Shown: positions 12,542 through 26,844 of the stretch, in pieces | Layout: each line of letters begins with the position of its first letter | Numbering within the stretch: the stretch's first letter is position 1 | Source: Eledone cirrhosa | Taxonomy: Eukaryota | Assembly (NCBI GenBank): GCA_964016885.1 | Contig: OZ024740.1 | Span: forward strand, 189,348,001-189,412,000 | DNA: 64,000 nucleotides | Reading direction: 5' to 3' | Made by a program: the position numbers and the translations under genes | Notes under the pieces: generated by a model | Told to the model about the DNA's origin: nothing | Databases searched by the model: none | What the model saw: only the letters and a program-made list of their open reading frames with translations

Positions 12542-13493
12542 CTATAAAAGGCAGATTGTTGTTGTTGTTGAAGTGAGTTTGTGTTTTTATGCGTTTGGAA
12601 AAGAGGTTTTAAAAAAGATTTATCGCTTGTTGTTGAATAAATGTATCTGTTGCTTTTGAACAATTGTCGTTTCGTATGAAATGTAATAATTTGAAGTATA
12701 AAAGAGAAAGTAGCAAAATGTGTGGGTTGTAGATAGAGGTAAGCACATGATATGAGAGAGTAAAACGGACAGTATCACCATCAAGCTTGGAAAGAGAAAG
12801 TAGCAGAAAGTATGAAGTTGTATAGATTTTGAATGGTAGTGGAAAGAGTTTAGCAGTTTAAATGACAGAGAAAAATCGTAAAATATTGAGTTTTATCTAT
12901 TTTTTGCGTAATTGTGGGTGAAATTGAAAATATGAGATGTGCCAAGACGCAATCGAAACTATTTCGAATACTGAATTGTAAATTTCAATTGAAGAAATTC
13001 TATATCGTAGATTTCTATAAGAAAAGAGCATGACCACACACTGAGCTTTATAGATTATGATTTAATATTCCTCTCAAATTACTGGTCTTGTGCGTGAATT
13101 AGAAACCATGTTATATGTAATAATTTGAGCTAAGAACTACAATAAAACATAAATTTGTAGTTAGGGTAAATTTAAAGCAGTGTTCAAAATCATCTCTGTC
13201 ACATTTAACAAGATGTGGTATGAACCTGGCCCTGGAAGACCACAACCTTGGAAAATATCCTTGCTTCACAAATTTTAATTGACTCATTCATGAAACAGAT
13301 GGCTCTATAAATTATACGTAGAGAATCAGCAGCTGTAACTCTTTCTTCTTTACTTGAAATATGCATATACATTTGATGAGGTCTTAATTGAAAATATATG
13401 TATGAGATGCATATACTTATATATATATATATATATATATATTGTGTGTGTGTGTGTGTGTGTTAGATATTTATGAATGATGACTCTAGAATA

Positions 13494-13960
13494 ATAATTG
13501 TTTCTACATTTGGCACCAGGCCAGCAATTACCCAGTGTATTACTGGTACTTTATTTTATCGACCCTGTAAGGATGAAAGGCAAAGTTCTCTTTAGGATAA
13601 TAATGGTTTCTTATATAGGCACAAGGCCAGAAATTTTTGGGGAGGAGAAAGTCGATTAAATCGACTCCAGTGCATGACTGGTACTTTATTTTATCGACCC
13701 TGTAAGGAAGAAAGGCACAGCTAACTTCAGTGGGATTTGAACTCAGATCATAAAGGGCCGTAACTCTATGCTGCAAAGCATAGTGTCCGACCCTCTACCG
13801 ATACTGCCAATCCACCACCCTAATATTAATTGTTTCTACTTTTGGCACAAGGCCAGCAATTATCCAGTGTATTACTGGTACTTTATTTTATCGACCCCGT
13901 AAGGATGAAAGGCAAAGTTAACCTTGGCGGGATTTGAGCTCAGACCATAACACCGCCCTA
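13494..13960 (-). mobile_element. Cluster of three family A SINE copies, head to tail
   Basis: CTGGTACTTTATTTTATCGACCC occurs three times (about 13543, 13678 and 13875). The middle copy keeps the tRNA-like head. Confidence 0.85.
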
Positions 13961-14754
13961 ATAATAATGAATACTAGAATGTTTCTCTTATGCAATGGTG
14001 ATTTCTACAGAGTCAGAAAGAACTATGACCCCCTCATTTGACATTTCCATGTGAAGCTACAACTGAAAGGATGTTGATTATGTGGCTCTTTTCATATTAG
14101 ACACCTTTAATTTAAGAATTCCACATAGCTCCAGACTGTATACATGGTTTAGCAATGTCATACAACACAAACAACCTATCTATAAAATAAGACATGATCT
14201 AATGAGAATATTTAAGATATACAAATCATATATCACCATTAGCAGCAACGTAACATTTTGAACATCACAGTGTATCTGACCACAGATAAGCATTATCCCT
14301 ATAGAAGCCAAATACAGAAACAATATATGTAACCAGTAACATCAGTAAACTTTGCTTAGCTATAATCAGAAACCTCATTTACAATTTATCCTCTGACAGG
14401 GATATTTTACATTGCGTTGAACCATATTAAAATGATTCATTAATAATATACATTGAACACCATCCACAAAACAGAATCATAAACAAAGAAATGCATTGGT
14501 ACAATCCTCCATTTAGCATGGATGTAATCACTAACATAGCTGCACACTCTCTGTTGTCTATATTAAGATCTTATTTTTCAATCTAGCATAAATTCTACAA
14601 ACATTACCTCACAGCATAAATGTGAGCTACTCTTGCTTGACTCCATGAAGGCTCCAATCTATTTTCTGGCTTGTCTGTCATCTTAGAATATCATGTATCA
14701 TAAAAGTAGTGAAATTCAATTAATTAACCACAATCATTTTTGGAAGATAACTAT

Positions 14755-14872
14755 TTCTTCTTCTTCTTCTTCTTCTTCTTCTTCTTCTTCTTCTTCTTCT
14801 TCTTCTTCTTCTTCTTCTTCTTCTTCTTCTTCTTCTTCTTCTTCTTCTTCTTCTCCTTCTCCTTCTTCTTCT
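14755..14872. repeat. (TTC)n microsatellite
   Basis: Long, nearly pure trinucleotide run. Source of the poly-S and poly-E ORFs. Confidence 0.98.
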
Positions 14873-15340
14873 ATTGTCATAGGGGTAGAGTCCTCAATCA
14901 CACCTTCTAGCAGGTCCTGTCCGGCAATTTTCCTTTGATGTTCTAACCACATGCTCGTCGTATTGAAGCTGTGATGTCCCAATTAGGAGAAGTGACTCTC
15001 TGATCTCTGAGCTACTCACTCTATTGAGTAACATTACACCTAAGACCATTTGAAGGAACCTCATTTCAGTTGCTTGCATTGGAGGTCACATTCTTTTGGT
15101 CATTATCCAAGATTCATTACCATAGATAAGGGTTTATATGAACGCCTGATGTCTATATAAATGCCCTAGTATTTGTGTTCAGATAAATGGTGCTAAATTG
15201 AAACCATTCAATGTGAGATTAGGACTCCACCAAGGGTGTGTAATGTCACCTCTCCTGTTCATAATCTTCATGAACTGGATTAACATGTGCAGTCAGGTTG
15301 GAAGTGATATCATGAATGGCGAGTGTGAGATCAGTTGGCA
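14755..15340. mobile_element. Degenerate RTE LINE with an inverted 5' segment and a (GAA)n tail
   Basis: The minus strand of 14880-15140 encodes ESWIMT...QATEMRFL...RVSSSEIRE.L...SQL.Y..HVVR and runs into (GAA)n. The plus strand of 15150-15340 encodes the RT motif KPFNVRLGLHQGCVMSPLLFIIFM. Confidence 0.8.
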
Positions 15341-18300
15341 AAAATGGAACATCATTTGTGAAATATGTCCATCACAGAAAGTCTACACATTTTTTTTGAT
15401 TTTCATGGAAAATATTATTTTGGTTAGGTTTTATTACTTTCTTTCTATGAAACTTATAGTGAACAAGTATTTTCATAACAGCTATTAGAAAGTAAGACAC
15501 CAAATGAAAGAAGAAAAAGAATTGAAAAAAGAAAAGAGATTAACATATACCTCTACATTTATGGAATGTCATTCATCATACTTATATTCTTAGTTGCCTT
15601 TTATCTACACAGTACCAAGCAGGCAAGCCATTAATCAATTTGTTGGTCATGTGTGTATGTAGATGTACATATATATGTTAATGCTTGTCTGTATCTATGT
15701 GTGAGCATACATGTATATTTATGTGTATGTGTCTGTATTTATATGTGTGTATATATGTATATTTATGTATACATGTCTGTATGCATATGTGTAAGTGTAT
15801 GATATCTGGGTATGTATGTGCATTCATATGTGTGTGTGTATAACCAATAAATTGATTAATTGCTTGAATGCCCAATACCTATATGTGGAATCTGACTTTG
15901 CATCAATAATTCATATGATGACCTTTCTAATAATATTGGAAGGTTTGCCAGCGAAATGTTTGTCAGATTTATGAACAAACTTTCCATCTCTAACTATTGG
16001 GGTTTTGATCACAGTATTATAAACACATCAATATCGCAGTATAACAGTAGTAACATTTTAAAGGAACAATGAAAATGTACTTTGAAGTTTCATTAAGTTG
16101 TATTTCCTTGTTTCATTTGATTTTCGTCTTCTGTCTATATACTTCAGTGGTTTTTATTATTCATTAATTCTGATTCAGAAGGTCAATTCCCATCAACCAT
16201 AATTTAGCGGGAGGGGAAAAAACTGAAACCTTCATTATTGGCAGTCATTCACTAGATAAATAAAATGTTCTATATATTTCGAATGATCTAATATGAACAG
16301 AGATTTTATTTACACTGTTGAGTTTCGTTATTATTCTTAATCAATCAATTTTGACCTTGATGAGATATCTATTAAGTTTTCTGAAAATTATATCAGTAAC
16401 ATTAAAAAAAGAAAATAATATCAGTAACATAAAAAAAAGAAAAGAGAGCAAATCTATAATATTACTGGCCATAATATTTTATCTCTCCCTGTTTTTCTTT
16501 CTTTTTTTTATATACATATATTTTAATAATATCAACATTTGCTGCAAACAAATAAAATGAAATAAAATAAAATAAATCACAACAATTCGGGAGGAGGAAC
16601 TAACAGTCTGAGGATTTTTAGTAAGACTTCAATTTGAATTTTTTGTATTGATTGTGAATGTTCAACTAGGATATCTCTTTCCTATGAACCATGTGCCTTT
16701 CTTCATCATTTTTAACCTTTCTGATTTCACTCTTTTTGTTGATATATTTTTTCTATCATACATATAATATAGTAAATAATAGACAAGTTCCTAGACCCCA
16801 TTCACTTACTGAGTGGGGCAGACCTCATCAAATTGTACCAAGGAAACTGTTTTCATTAGACATTCCATTGCTGATACTATATACCAGTCACAACTTCTGG
16901 CCGAAGGAGCAGAGTGTCTTGCTCAAGGACATAACACATTGCTCACTCTGAGAATTGAACTCAAAATTGGGAGATTGCAAATCCAATTCCCTAATCACTA
17001 AGCCAAATGTCTTCACTATTATGTAATGCACTAAAACAATCAGGGAGTTCTTAAAATTGTTATTATAATCATATTATTATAATTAATAATGATAATAATA
17101 ATAGCTGTTTGAAAGATAAACAACATAGTAAATTGTTTAACTCTTTCAACTGTTGGAGTCTGTGGCATTAGTAATAAATGGATAAAAGTTTAAGTAAATC
17201 ATGTTTATTAATGAGTTAAAGTTGCTGACATCATTTATTATAGTCATGGCATGACCTTTACAATTATTAATTGGTTTGCTTTTTAGTTAAAATAGATAAG
17301 AAAACTGAAACTTCATAAAATAAAATAAAATGAAATATTGGACAAACAATATCAAAACATTTTCTATATTTTGTTATAGACAATTTTCATACTGAATGCT
17401 CTTGACAAAAAATAGTCAAGTCATTATGATTAGCTCTATGGCAATGGTGTTGTTTTCAGCTTTAAATGATTATACATGTTCAAAATTTAGTTTGTTAATC
17501 GTTTTTATTTGAATAATTCAACAGAATAGATGTGAGAGAAAAGAAAAAAAAACAATTAAATTAAATGTCTTAAATTTCCAAAATTAGAAGTGACTGATGA
17601 TTAATTACATGTATTCAAATCTTTAATATTTCATAGATTTCACAGGAACCACCGGATAATAGCATTTATTTAAGTAATGCTGATACCACTTGACCTCTGA
17701 TTGCCGCAGAGAATTCATATAGATTAATTAGTCTGTCAAAAAACTAGTCAAGAATTCTAATTTAGATAGTTGTCAAAGCTGTTTTAGTCTTCAACACCAG
17801 TTGCATGGTCGGACTGTTAAGTTATATCGAATATAAGCATAGAGGAACAATGTGTATGTGGTTCTTCTAAGGGAAGTCTCTATTTTTTCCTATATGTTTG
17901 TCATTAGAAATACTTGCTGTAGTCTGTCTCTTTAAGGTACTTTATCACTTCTAGAAGAAAGTATAGTATGATTATTCATTTTATAAAATTAAGAAAAATA
18001 AAAAAAAAAGCGATTTTATGTTTCATTCTTATGCTGGGTTCAGCAATTGGAATGTGGTCTTTCTAGAGCAAAACTTTCAATGTTTTTACATGATCCTATT
18101 AACCTCAGTATTTATTTTATTGATATGTATTTGTTGAACTGCTATACAATAATGTATAGAACATATAACATAACCAACAACTCTAGCTTTTTATACTGTT
18201 GCAATTATACATAGACACTAACACACACATATGATGGGCTTCTATACATCTTTTGTTTGCCATAATCACTAGCATTTTTAGTAAAAGATCAATGTGCTGT

Positions 18301-18485
18301 GTTTGGAATCAAACTGTTGCTTCAAAACAAATTTCTTAGTCACACAATAAGATCTGGGATGATTTTCAGCACTTCAGATTACATTATAAGTGTAAGCAGT
18401 GGGCAATTCTTCTTCGGCAGATATATGTTTAAAGGTAATCTAATCTTGTTCATTTTGTGTTTGTTTTCAAATAGTGTATATCTAG

Positions 18486-18540
<55 letters not shown>

Positions 18541-18623
18541 AAAGTAAACAGAAATAACAACACAATCGGTACAGTATATGGAGGGTATATATTAGGTTAA
18601 CGCTTGATATAACAGGAAGAGGG

Positions 18624-18659
18624 TCTTAACGTTTCGGACGCTAGTCGTTCATCAGAAGA
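18624..18659 (-). ncRNA. Minimal hammerhead ribozyme of the Penelope pLTR type
   Basis: Minus strand: UCUU-CUGAUGA-AC-GAC-UAGC-GUC-C-GAAACGUU-AAGA. Stem I UCUU/AAGA, palindromic ACGU stem III, C-C mismatch at the base of stem II. Lies in a ~170-bp unit between (TA)n tracts. Confidence 0.6.
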
Positions 18660-19521
18660 AAGAATTAGAAATAAAATAGAATAAAGGGATGGGCGGGATG
18701 GAATTATATATATATATATTAAATCATGTGGTGAGATTTCATGGAGATTTGACTGTTATGTCTAGTAGAAAAAGTTACTGGATAAAGAGATTCTTCCATT
18801 ATTTTGATTCCCAGTAGTAATGGCTTCACTTTCTATAAATGTATTCTTGGAAAATCATAAACGTTCCCTTTCAATATAACCTTCATTCTTGATGCTCAGT
18901 GAATTATACTCACAGTCCATCTCTTGTTACTACTTTTATTTTTTATCTTTAGCAGAGAAATATGTTTGGATTTTTCATCTAAACTATTTTGCATTAACTT
19001 TAACATTCGTATAGCATTCTATTGAAAACATATACGAACGTGTTTAATAAAACGTTGCATCAGTCATAAAGGGATAGGTATTGCTTTTTCTGGGAATGAA
19101 TATCTATTGCTAATTCTTATGAAGGTGCAACACAATGTAGTAAATTCAGCATCAGCTCAGCAGATAATACATTTATTTAAGTAATGCTAATACTCTGTGA
19201 CCTCTAATTGCAGCAGAGGTTGCATGTATATTGTCATGTAAAGAGATAATAATTCTAGTGGGAACAAATTCTCAGGAGAGCTGGCCAGTAGAAGAACTTC
19301 AGAGATGAAACGTCCCTCAAGCAAATGTTTTGGCCTTAATTTCTGAGACTTGTCAAAGTGGTTTTAGTCTTCCACACCAGTTAAAGTGCAGAATTTTTAA
19401 TTTATATTGATTATAACTTAGTGGAACAGGTTACAAAAATAATGTTACTGTGTTTTTCTTCTTTCTTCATAAAAGTTTTACATTGGAGACATGAAATATC
19501 TGATATATTCTGCTTTATAAA

Positions 19522-19773
<252 letters not shown>

Positions 19774-19903
19774 GTAGATAAATCTACCAAAATATATGGT
19801 AGTGTCCAATCCGTATGAAGAACTCAAAGTAATCCAAATATCATGAAAAGAGAAGATGTATTCAAAATTTTTTCAATGAAAAACACAGGAAAACAGAGTC
19901 AAG

Positions 19904-20388
<485 letters not shown>

Positions 20389-20959
20389 GAACCCAACCAC
20401 GATGTAAGCCAAAACTGCTTGGCATTATGTCGGTTCATGCCCTTTTCTATACTCACCCTGCATCTTCCCATGCATTGAACACTCCCATCCATGTTTTGTG
20501 GTCTCTCTGGTCTCAGCACCACATATTTTCTCTCTCTCTCTCTCTCTCTCTCTGTATATATATATATATATATTGCAGTCATGCATATATACACCCACTT
20601 ACAACGGTTTCAATTCTTAAAATTTCAAGATTTTCCCATAGTATGTGTGTTTGTGTGTTAGACTACCCCTCAGTTTTCATCATTTATATTTCACTGATAT
20701 TGTTTGTCAACATGAGTATATAGGCTGTGGCAGATGACCAAGTTGTTGCACAGTTAAACTGAATCAGGAACTGTATGTTTAGGAGGCACAATTAACCACA
20801 CAACATGCCTGAACCTATGTTGAGGCTGATTTCAGATACTATTTTGGTACAGAGATATTAACTTGGATAATCAACCTAATTTAATATTCTGCCTTAAAAG
20901 AAGATATGCTATCATATGAGTAATTTATTGAACATTGTGCATCTCTCTCTCTCTGTTTC

Positions 20960-21047
<88 letters not shown>

Positions 21048-21477
21048 GATGTGTGTGAGTTGGAAGGAAATAATTCTCTAAGAGGTTTCAAATATAATGA
21101 GAGACTTCTATTTTAATAATATATTTCACTTTCATTTGATTGTGTCATTCTGCTGAACATGATTTTGAAGGATTTTGTTATTATTATTTGTTTGATTATT
21201 TATTTGTTGCTGAAGAAGATTCAATTATAGTATTTAAGAAGATACCCAATTTCTCATAAATTTTGAATTCAATTTTCACAAGACTACATGAAGAATATAT
21301 CACATAATTGAGAGAAAAATCTTAGAAATAGCATTATTGAATGCCATTTAAAAAATCTATCTAATAGTTACAAATTGTTTCCTACCTCTCAGCATACACT
21401 CACACACACATGCTCTCTCTCTCTCTATCTCTCTCTCTCCCTCTCTCCCCCTCTCCTCCTCTCCCCCTATCTCCCTC

Positions 21478-21527
<50 letters not shown>

Positions 21528-24500
21528 GTGCACATTTTCTCCCTCTTTCTCTCACACACACACCAACACACAAGGTAGTGAATTATCTTTTAATACCTGC
21601 TTCATTTTAAGATTACTTTCAGATCCTTATCTTTATTTAGTTTCTAAGTAGTGATGCTTTTGAGAATCATGGACTTCAGCAAATACCTCATTTTATTGAA
21701 TTAAGATTCCAAACTAAGAGCAAAAAGAAAATCTAAAGTATAGCAATCAATTAAATTACCAATTTTCTTGTTTATAACAAGAGTTTATTTATCTTTACAG
21801 TCTAAATTTAGATTTATTTCAAAGTGTCTAAGAATCTGATTTGTGTGCTCTTTCGATCAATTAAGCTTTGTATTGTTTGTTTTTTCTGTTGCTGTATTTT
21901 CTGTGTAAAACCAAATCTTTTGTTGCTTGTTAGTTAGATTGATTTATATTCAATGTTTGCATTTGCCATTAATAGGAAGATCAATAAGTTATTGGGAAAA
22001 CAACAGCACCAAGGAATACTTGTCTTTGCCACAAGTAACACTTTCTCTCGTTTGGCCTCAAGTAAATAAGCTTAGTAAAATAAGCAAATAGTAATTATCT
22101 TTTGTAAGAGTCATATCTTGCTAATCTTCTTTACTGGAACATAAGAAGCTTGCTACATGCTCTTCTTCATACATAGAAAAAAATACATTACAACTGAACT
22201 TGTTGCCAATTTATGATTCCTATTGCTCCAAACTATCTAGTTGATAGGTTACGACAAGTGATGGCATGTTACAGCTGTTCTATAATGGTGATTTCTAGCC
22301 TTCTCTCTACTGAATACCTCTTTTATTTAAATGAATTTTCCCATGTAACCCTGTTACTATTACTTCCATCCTAGTGTGAGAACTCTTGTTCTATACGATA
22401 TCTGAAAGAAAAACCTTGTTAAAACAGGTTATCATGAGAGGCACTATGTCACCGATCATATCTATGACAGTTTGTCCAGTTCTCTAAATTTCATTCTGAG
22501 TATCAATTCGATTAGAACATTTACAGACATTTCATGTTTGGTGAGAGCATGGAGGAATAAATTAATAGGTTATTAATCAATGATCATCAATTTCTTCAGA
22601 TTCTAGATTATATAGTATTAGGCAAATGGTCAAGTATGATGGGTGTTGACATGTCTAAAAACAAAGTCTAAAGTCCGTCTCAAGTCCGGAGGCTCCTCAG
22701 GCTTATGCTTATCCCAGTTTCCATGGTGTGAAGTGATGGAGAGTATAAGACAGTATGCCAGTCCATCACAGGGTTAAACCCTCATCTATTCTTGGTACAC
22801 ATTTTCAACTAACTATACTGGAGCAATGTGAAATGAAGTGTTTTGCTCAAGAAGACAACTCAAAGACCAGTCCAGGAATCAAAATCACATTATGATTGTA
22901 CATCCAATACATTTAACATTAGGCCATGCACCTATTGATAACTATAATACCTGTTGATATGCTTGTACTATTATTCATGTGTCTGTGATCTGAAAACAAC
23001 ACTTAGTGGCTGATTCTGCCTAAGTATAACTAGGTAATGCATTGCAGTATATGTAGCAGTAACACCATTGAAAAATTGACAAATGTGTTGCTAGGTCAGT
23101 GTTTGCTTTGATCAAGGCAACTGGTTACTACTCTGCTATATTCCTTTCTTGAATCATGTTGTTGTTAAATTACATCATATATACTCTTTCCTCATCAACG
23201 CTGTAATGTCCACATTTCCTGCTAACAACTGCTGGTCAAATCTACATAGATCATGTTAGTACTGAAGCAGGGTTACTGATCTCTCAGACATGGCAGGATC
23301 TACATCTCACTTATATATGGTCTCACATTCTACCAAGTGCATAGAAGAGGTTGTCATGTCTTTGACTCAACTAATCGTTCTCCCAATCCTTTATATGATG
23401 AGATATTTATGGCTGGATGCTATAAATATTAAGTAATTAGGAAGTTGATTTGGTAGAGCCGTTAGAGTGTTGGATATTTATTGTGTCTTTGCCAGAATCC
23501 TGCTGAGTTCTACTTCACCTTTCATATTTGCAAGGTTGATAAAGTAAGTACCATCCTGGATGCTCTGTTAGATCAAGGGAGGGAGGTCAAGTGGGTGTTT
23601 GCATCTGCTCACAACTGCATGGAAACCAAAACTCTTAGCAAAGTCATGGTATATATTATCAAGGTATAATAGATTGTAAGTGACAGTTGTAGTTTTAGTT
23701 TTTTTTTATTGATTAAGAATCTAATAGACCTATAGTGAAAGGCATTCCATCATTGGCCAGCCTGATTTTTGTAGACATAATTTATCTAGAAGTACATTAT
23801 CCAATGTGCTCTTCATTTTCTAAGATGACTAGCTATGATTTGAGGTAGATTTGGCCTCTAATTATGCCATGTCAAACAATTTCATAGAAGTATCTGCAAT
23901 GGTCTGTTTGAAGCATTATATGCAGGGATATTTCATATTTTGTAAAACGATCAAGATATATTTTGATAATCATTCCAATATATGTTTAGTAAAGAAATAT
24001 TAAATTCTTGTTTAACATTCAATGTAAAACATATTATATTTATAGGTATCTAAAAGTATATAGGAAATATATTTTTGTATATCTTACATTAGGCTATAAG
24101 ACAGAAAATTGGCAGAGTCAACAGAAAGTCAGATAGAATGCTTTGTGTTATTCATTTCGGCTCACTGTTCTCTGATTTCAAATCCCACCTAGGTTAACTT
24201 TGCCTTTCATCCATGCAAGGTCGATAAAAAGTACCAATTTACTGGGGTAAATTATTTTTCTATATCTCCTTCTCATTTCCATTTCCACTTTCTCTATCCT
24301 TCTCTGGAAGAAATTTACTGTATTCACGCCTGGAGAGGAGATGTGCTTTGTCAGGTTTAAAAAATGTCCCAGAAACCCTATTTCAATATGGCACCCTTGA
24401 CAACACCCTCATGAGTAAAAGGACCATCCATCATGTTCTTTTTACAATTGGCAACATTAAACATTGGTGTCTTTTGTATATAGTTGCATGGAAGTATAGC

Positions 24501-25715
24501 AATTTAGTGACCGAAGTGATGTGTTTAAAAGTACACACATGCAGTATGTGTTGTTATCTACCCCTGATACTTTGCTTTACCTCTATCCAGCTATAAACTA
24601 CTAAGAAGTGTGTCTTGATAAACCCTTATTAATATAGGACAACTGATATACAATTACATATTTTGTTAACTTAATTGAGATATACCTCTAATTTTTGTTT
24701 TATTTATGGAATGGTAGAAACTGCAGAGTGCTAGAAAAATGTTTCATGATATTCAGTTGTGCTCCTTCACATTCTGAGTTTGAATTTCAGCTAAATTGAC
24801 TTTGTATTTCGTCCTTCTGAGATCAATACAATAAGAATCAGTCAAGTGGCTTTGTGAAAAGCATTGGGGGATGTTTGGCAATGATGGTATAACAGTAGAC
24901 TAAATGTTTTTAGATATTCAATTGTGTCACATTTGGCTTTTAATACAAATAATAGCCTAAATTTTAACTTTCCCATTCATCCATTCAAAAGAGAGGGATG
25001 TCAACATATTTTTTCCATATCTCATTTGTATCTTCCCATATAAATTTGTGACTTTATGCCAGTGATGTGACATTTTGAACTATGAAAATTAAGTGAAATT
25101 TCAATGTGTTTTAATTGTTTATTTGCTTACAATGATAAATATAAAAATCCCAGAAGCAGTTTATGCATTAATAAAACACAACATATGCTGACAACAAAGC
25201 AATTTTCACCTGCATACATTCTACTCAACATGTTTGTTCTATAGTGAATCAACTATGTAGAATTGCATGCTGCTCTAAATTTAAGGTTTCTATTTTTATT
25301 TCATTGTCCTTCCATGCACCTAAATCAAACGGATACTGTTAATATTTCATTTTAATTGTTCAGGAATGTGTCCTAGAGTGATATTTATTTTTAAGTGAAA
25401 AGATTCTGAATGTCATTTAGTTTACTATCTTCAAGAAGGAAGAGAAATGACAAGAGATTTCTCTGTAGACTAGATCAAAGAGAAGAGACAAATATTTGAA
25501 TAAAACAGTGTGTGATATGAACATGTGCATGTGCACACATACAGGAGTTTGTGTGTGCACAAACAAATATAGAGTTAGTTACTTTGTGAGTCATCAAATA
25601 CACCTGAACATAGTTGCTTGGTCTACTAGAAATAGCAATCAAATCACATTCCTCTGTCTTATAAAAAGAAATATGTATTGAATAATGTATTTCTGGATAT
25701 ATTATGGATAAATGT

Positions 25716-25834
25716 GAGATAATCATTTGCGAACCATCTTTTATAATAGGACTACTATATCAAGTCTGCCAACAGGAGATAATCATGTGTGAAAGATCTT
25801 TCATAATAGGACTAATATGGGAAGTTTGCCAACA
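25716..25834 (+). repeat. Tandem duplication of ~60 bp
   Basis: GAGATAATCAT.TG.GAA..ATCTTT.ATAATAGGACTA.TAT...AAGT.TGCCAACA occurs twice. Confidence 0.85.
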
Positions 25835-26219
25835 ATATATGCCTGCACCATAACTGCACATATTAATGCAAGTACATAGCTAGTTAATTTGAAATCTTTG
25901 GTGACTTGAAATCTCCATACTTTACAATGGATATGAGGAAAACAGTGATACATTTGTACCAACTAAAACTATTTATCATTGCAAAACATTTGAAGGATTG
26001 TCTTATGCGATAAATATAGTAAATATCAAGTTTAGAACCATTGTACACATATGACTAGCTAGAAAACAGTCAAATTAAATTTATTTTAAAGTATCAAATA
26101 ACAAAACATTGATGATAATGTTTCTGTGCACCTTTAAAATGTTTGTTGAAAGTAACTTTTAGAACACAGACCATTGAGTTTATTTGAAATAAAAACTTAT
26201 ATATGCATATATATGTATA

Positions 26220-26318
<99 letters not shown>

Positions 26319-26321
26319 TTG

Positions 26322-26652
26322 TGTAGAATAAGGAAATTGCAAAGTTTGGTGTAGATGTTAAAAAGTCCTGTATTTACAAAGCTGTGATACATATTTCTAT
26401 GACTATCATGACTAGGCGATTTTTCAATGATATAATCAGTCACACAATATTATTGGACAGCATCTTATGTGATAAGGTTATGTTTCCAAGGCTGTCCAAT
26501 CTAGAGATAATGGTATGAACAGAAATGATGCTTTCATAACCGAAGTCCATTCCATTACATAAGATGCTGTCTAATGATATTGCATGACTGGTTGTATGAT
26601 CATCATAGAAATATGTATCACAACTTGGCTTTTATCCTTTCCTTACTCTACA
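26322..26652. repeat. MITE-like imperfect inverted repeat
   Basis: Nested complementary blocks: GTAGAATAAGGAAA / TTTCCTTACTCTAC; TGTGATACATATTTCTATGA / TCATAGAAATATGTATCACA; GACAGCATCTTATGT / ACATAAGATGCTGTC. Confidence 0.8.
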
Positions 26653-26788
26653 TATACTGTGTCACTGACAGACAAACCATATTTGGAAGAAAATATATGA
26701 TGTTCAATGTCTATATCGAATTGCATCATTATTCACTGATTGGGGCATTTCATACATAACACTGATAAGTCAACATATTTTATGTAAG

Positions 26789-26844
<56 letters not shown>

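Larger units (their letters stand above)
11659..13060 (-). mobile_element. Non-autonomous Helitron-like element
   Basis: On the minus strand it starts A|TC (TCATAATCTATAAAG) and ends in a GC-rich imperfect hairpin (CCCGAGCAACGCCTGG) shortly before CTAG|T. No target-site duplication. The flanks (..GGTCAATATAATCAA and TTTAATATTCCTCTCAAATTACTGGTCTTGTG..) rejoin into one old SINE. Confidence 0.72.

Noticed and set aside
14693-14982. Poly-Ser and poly-Glu ORFs
   Set aside because: They read through the (TTC)n tail of a decayed RTE element.
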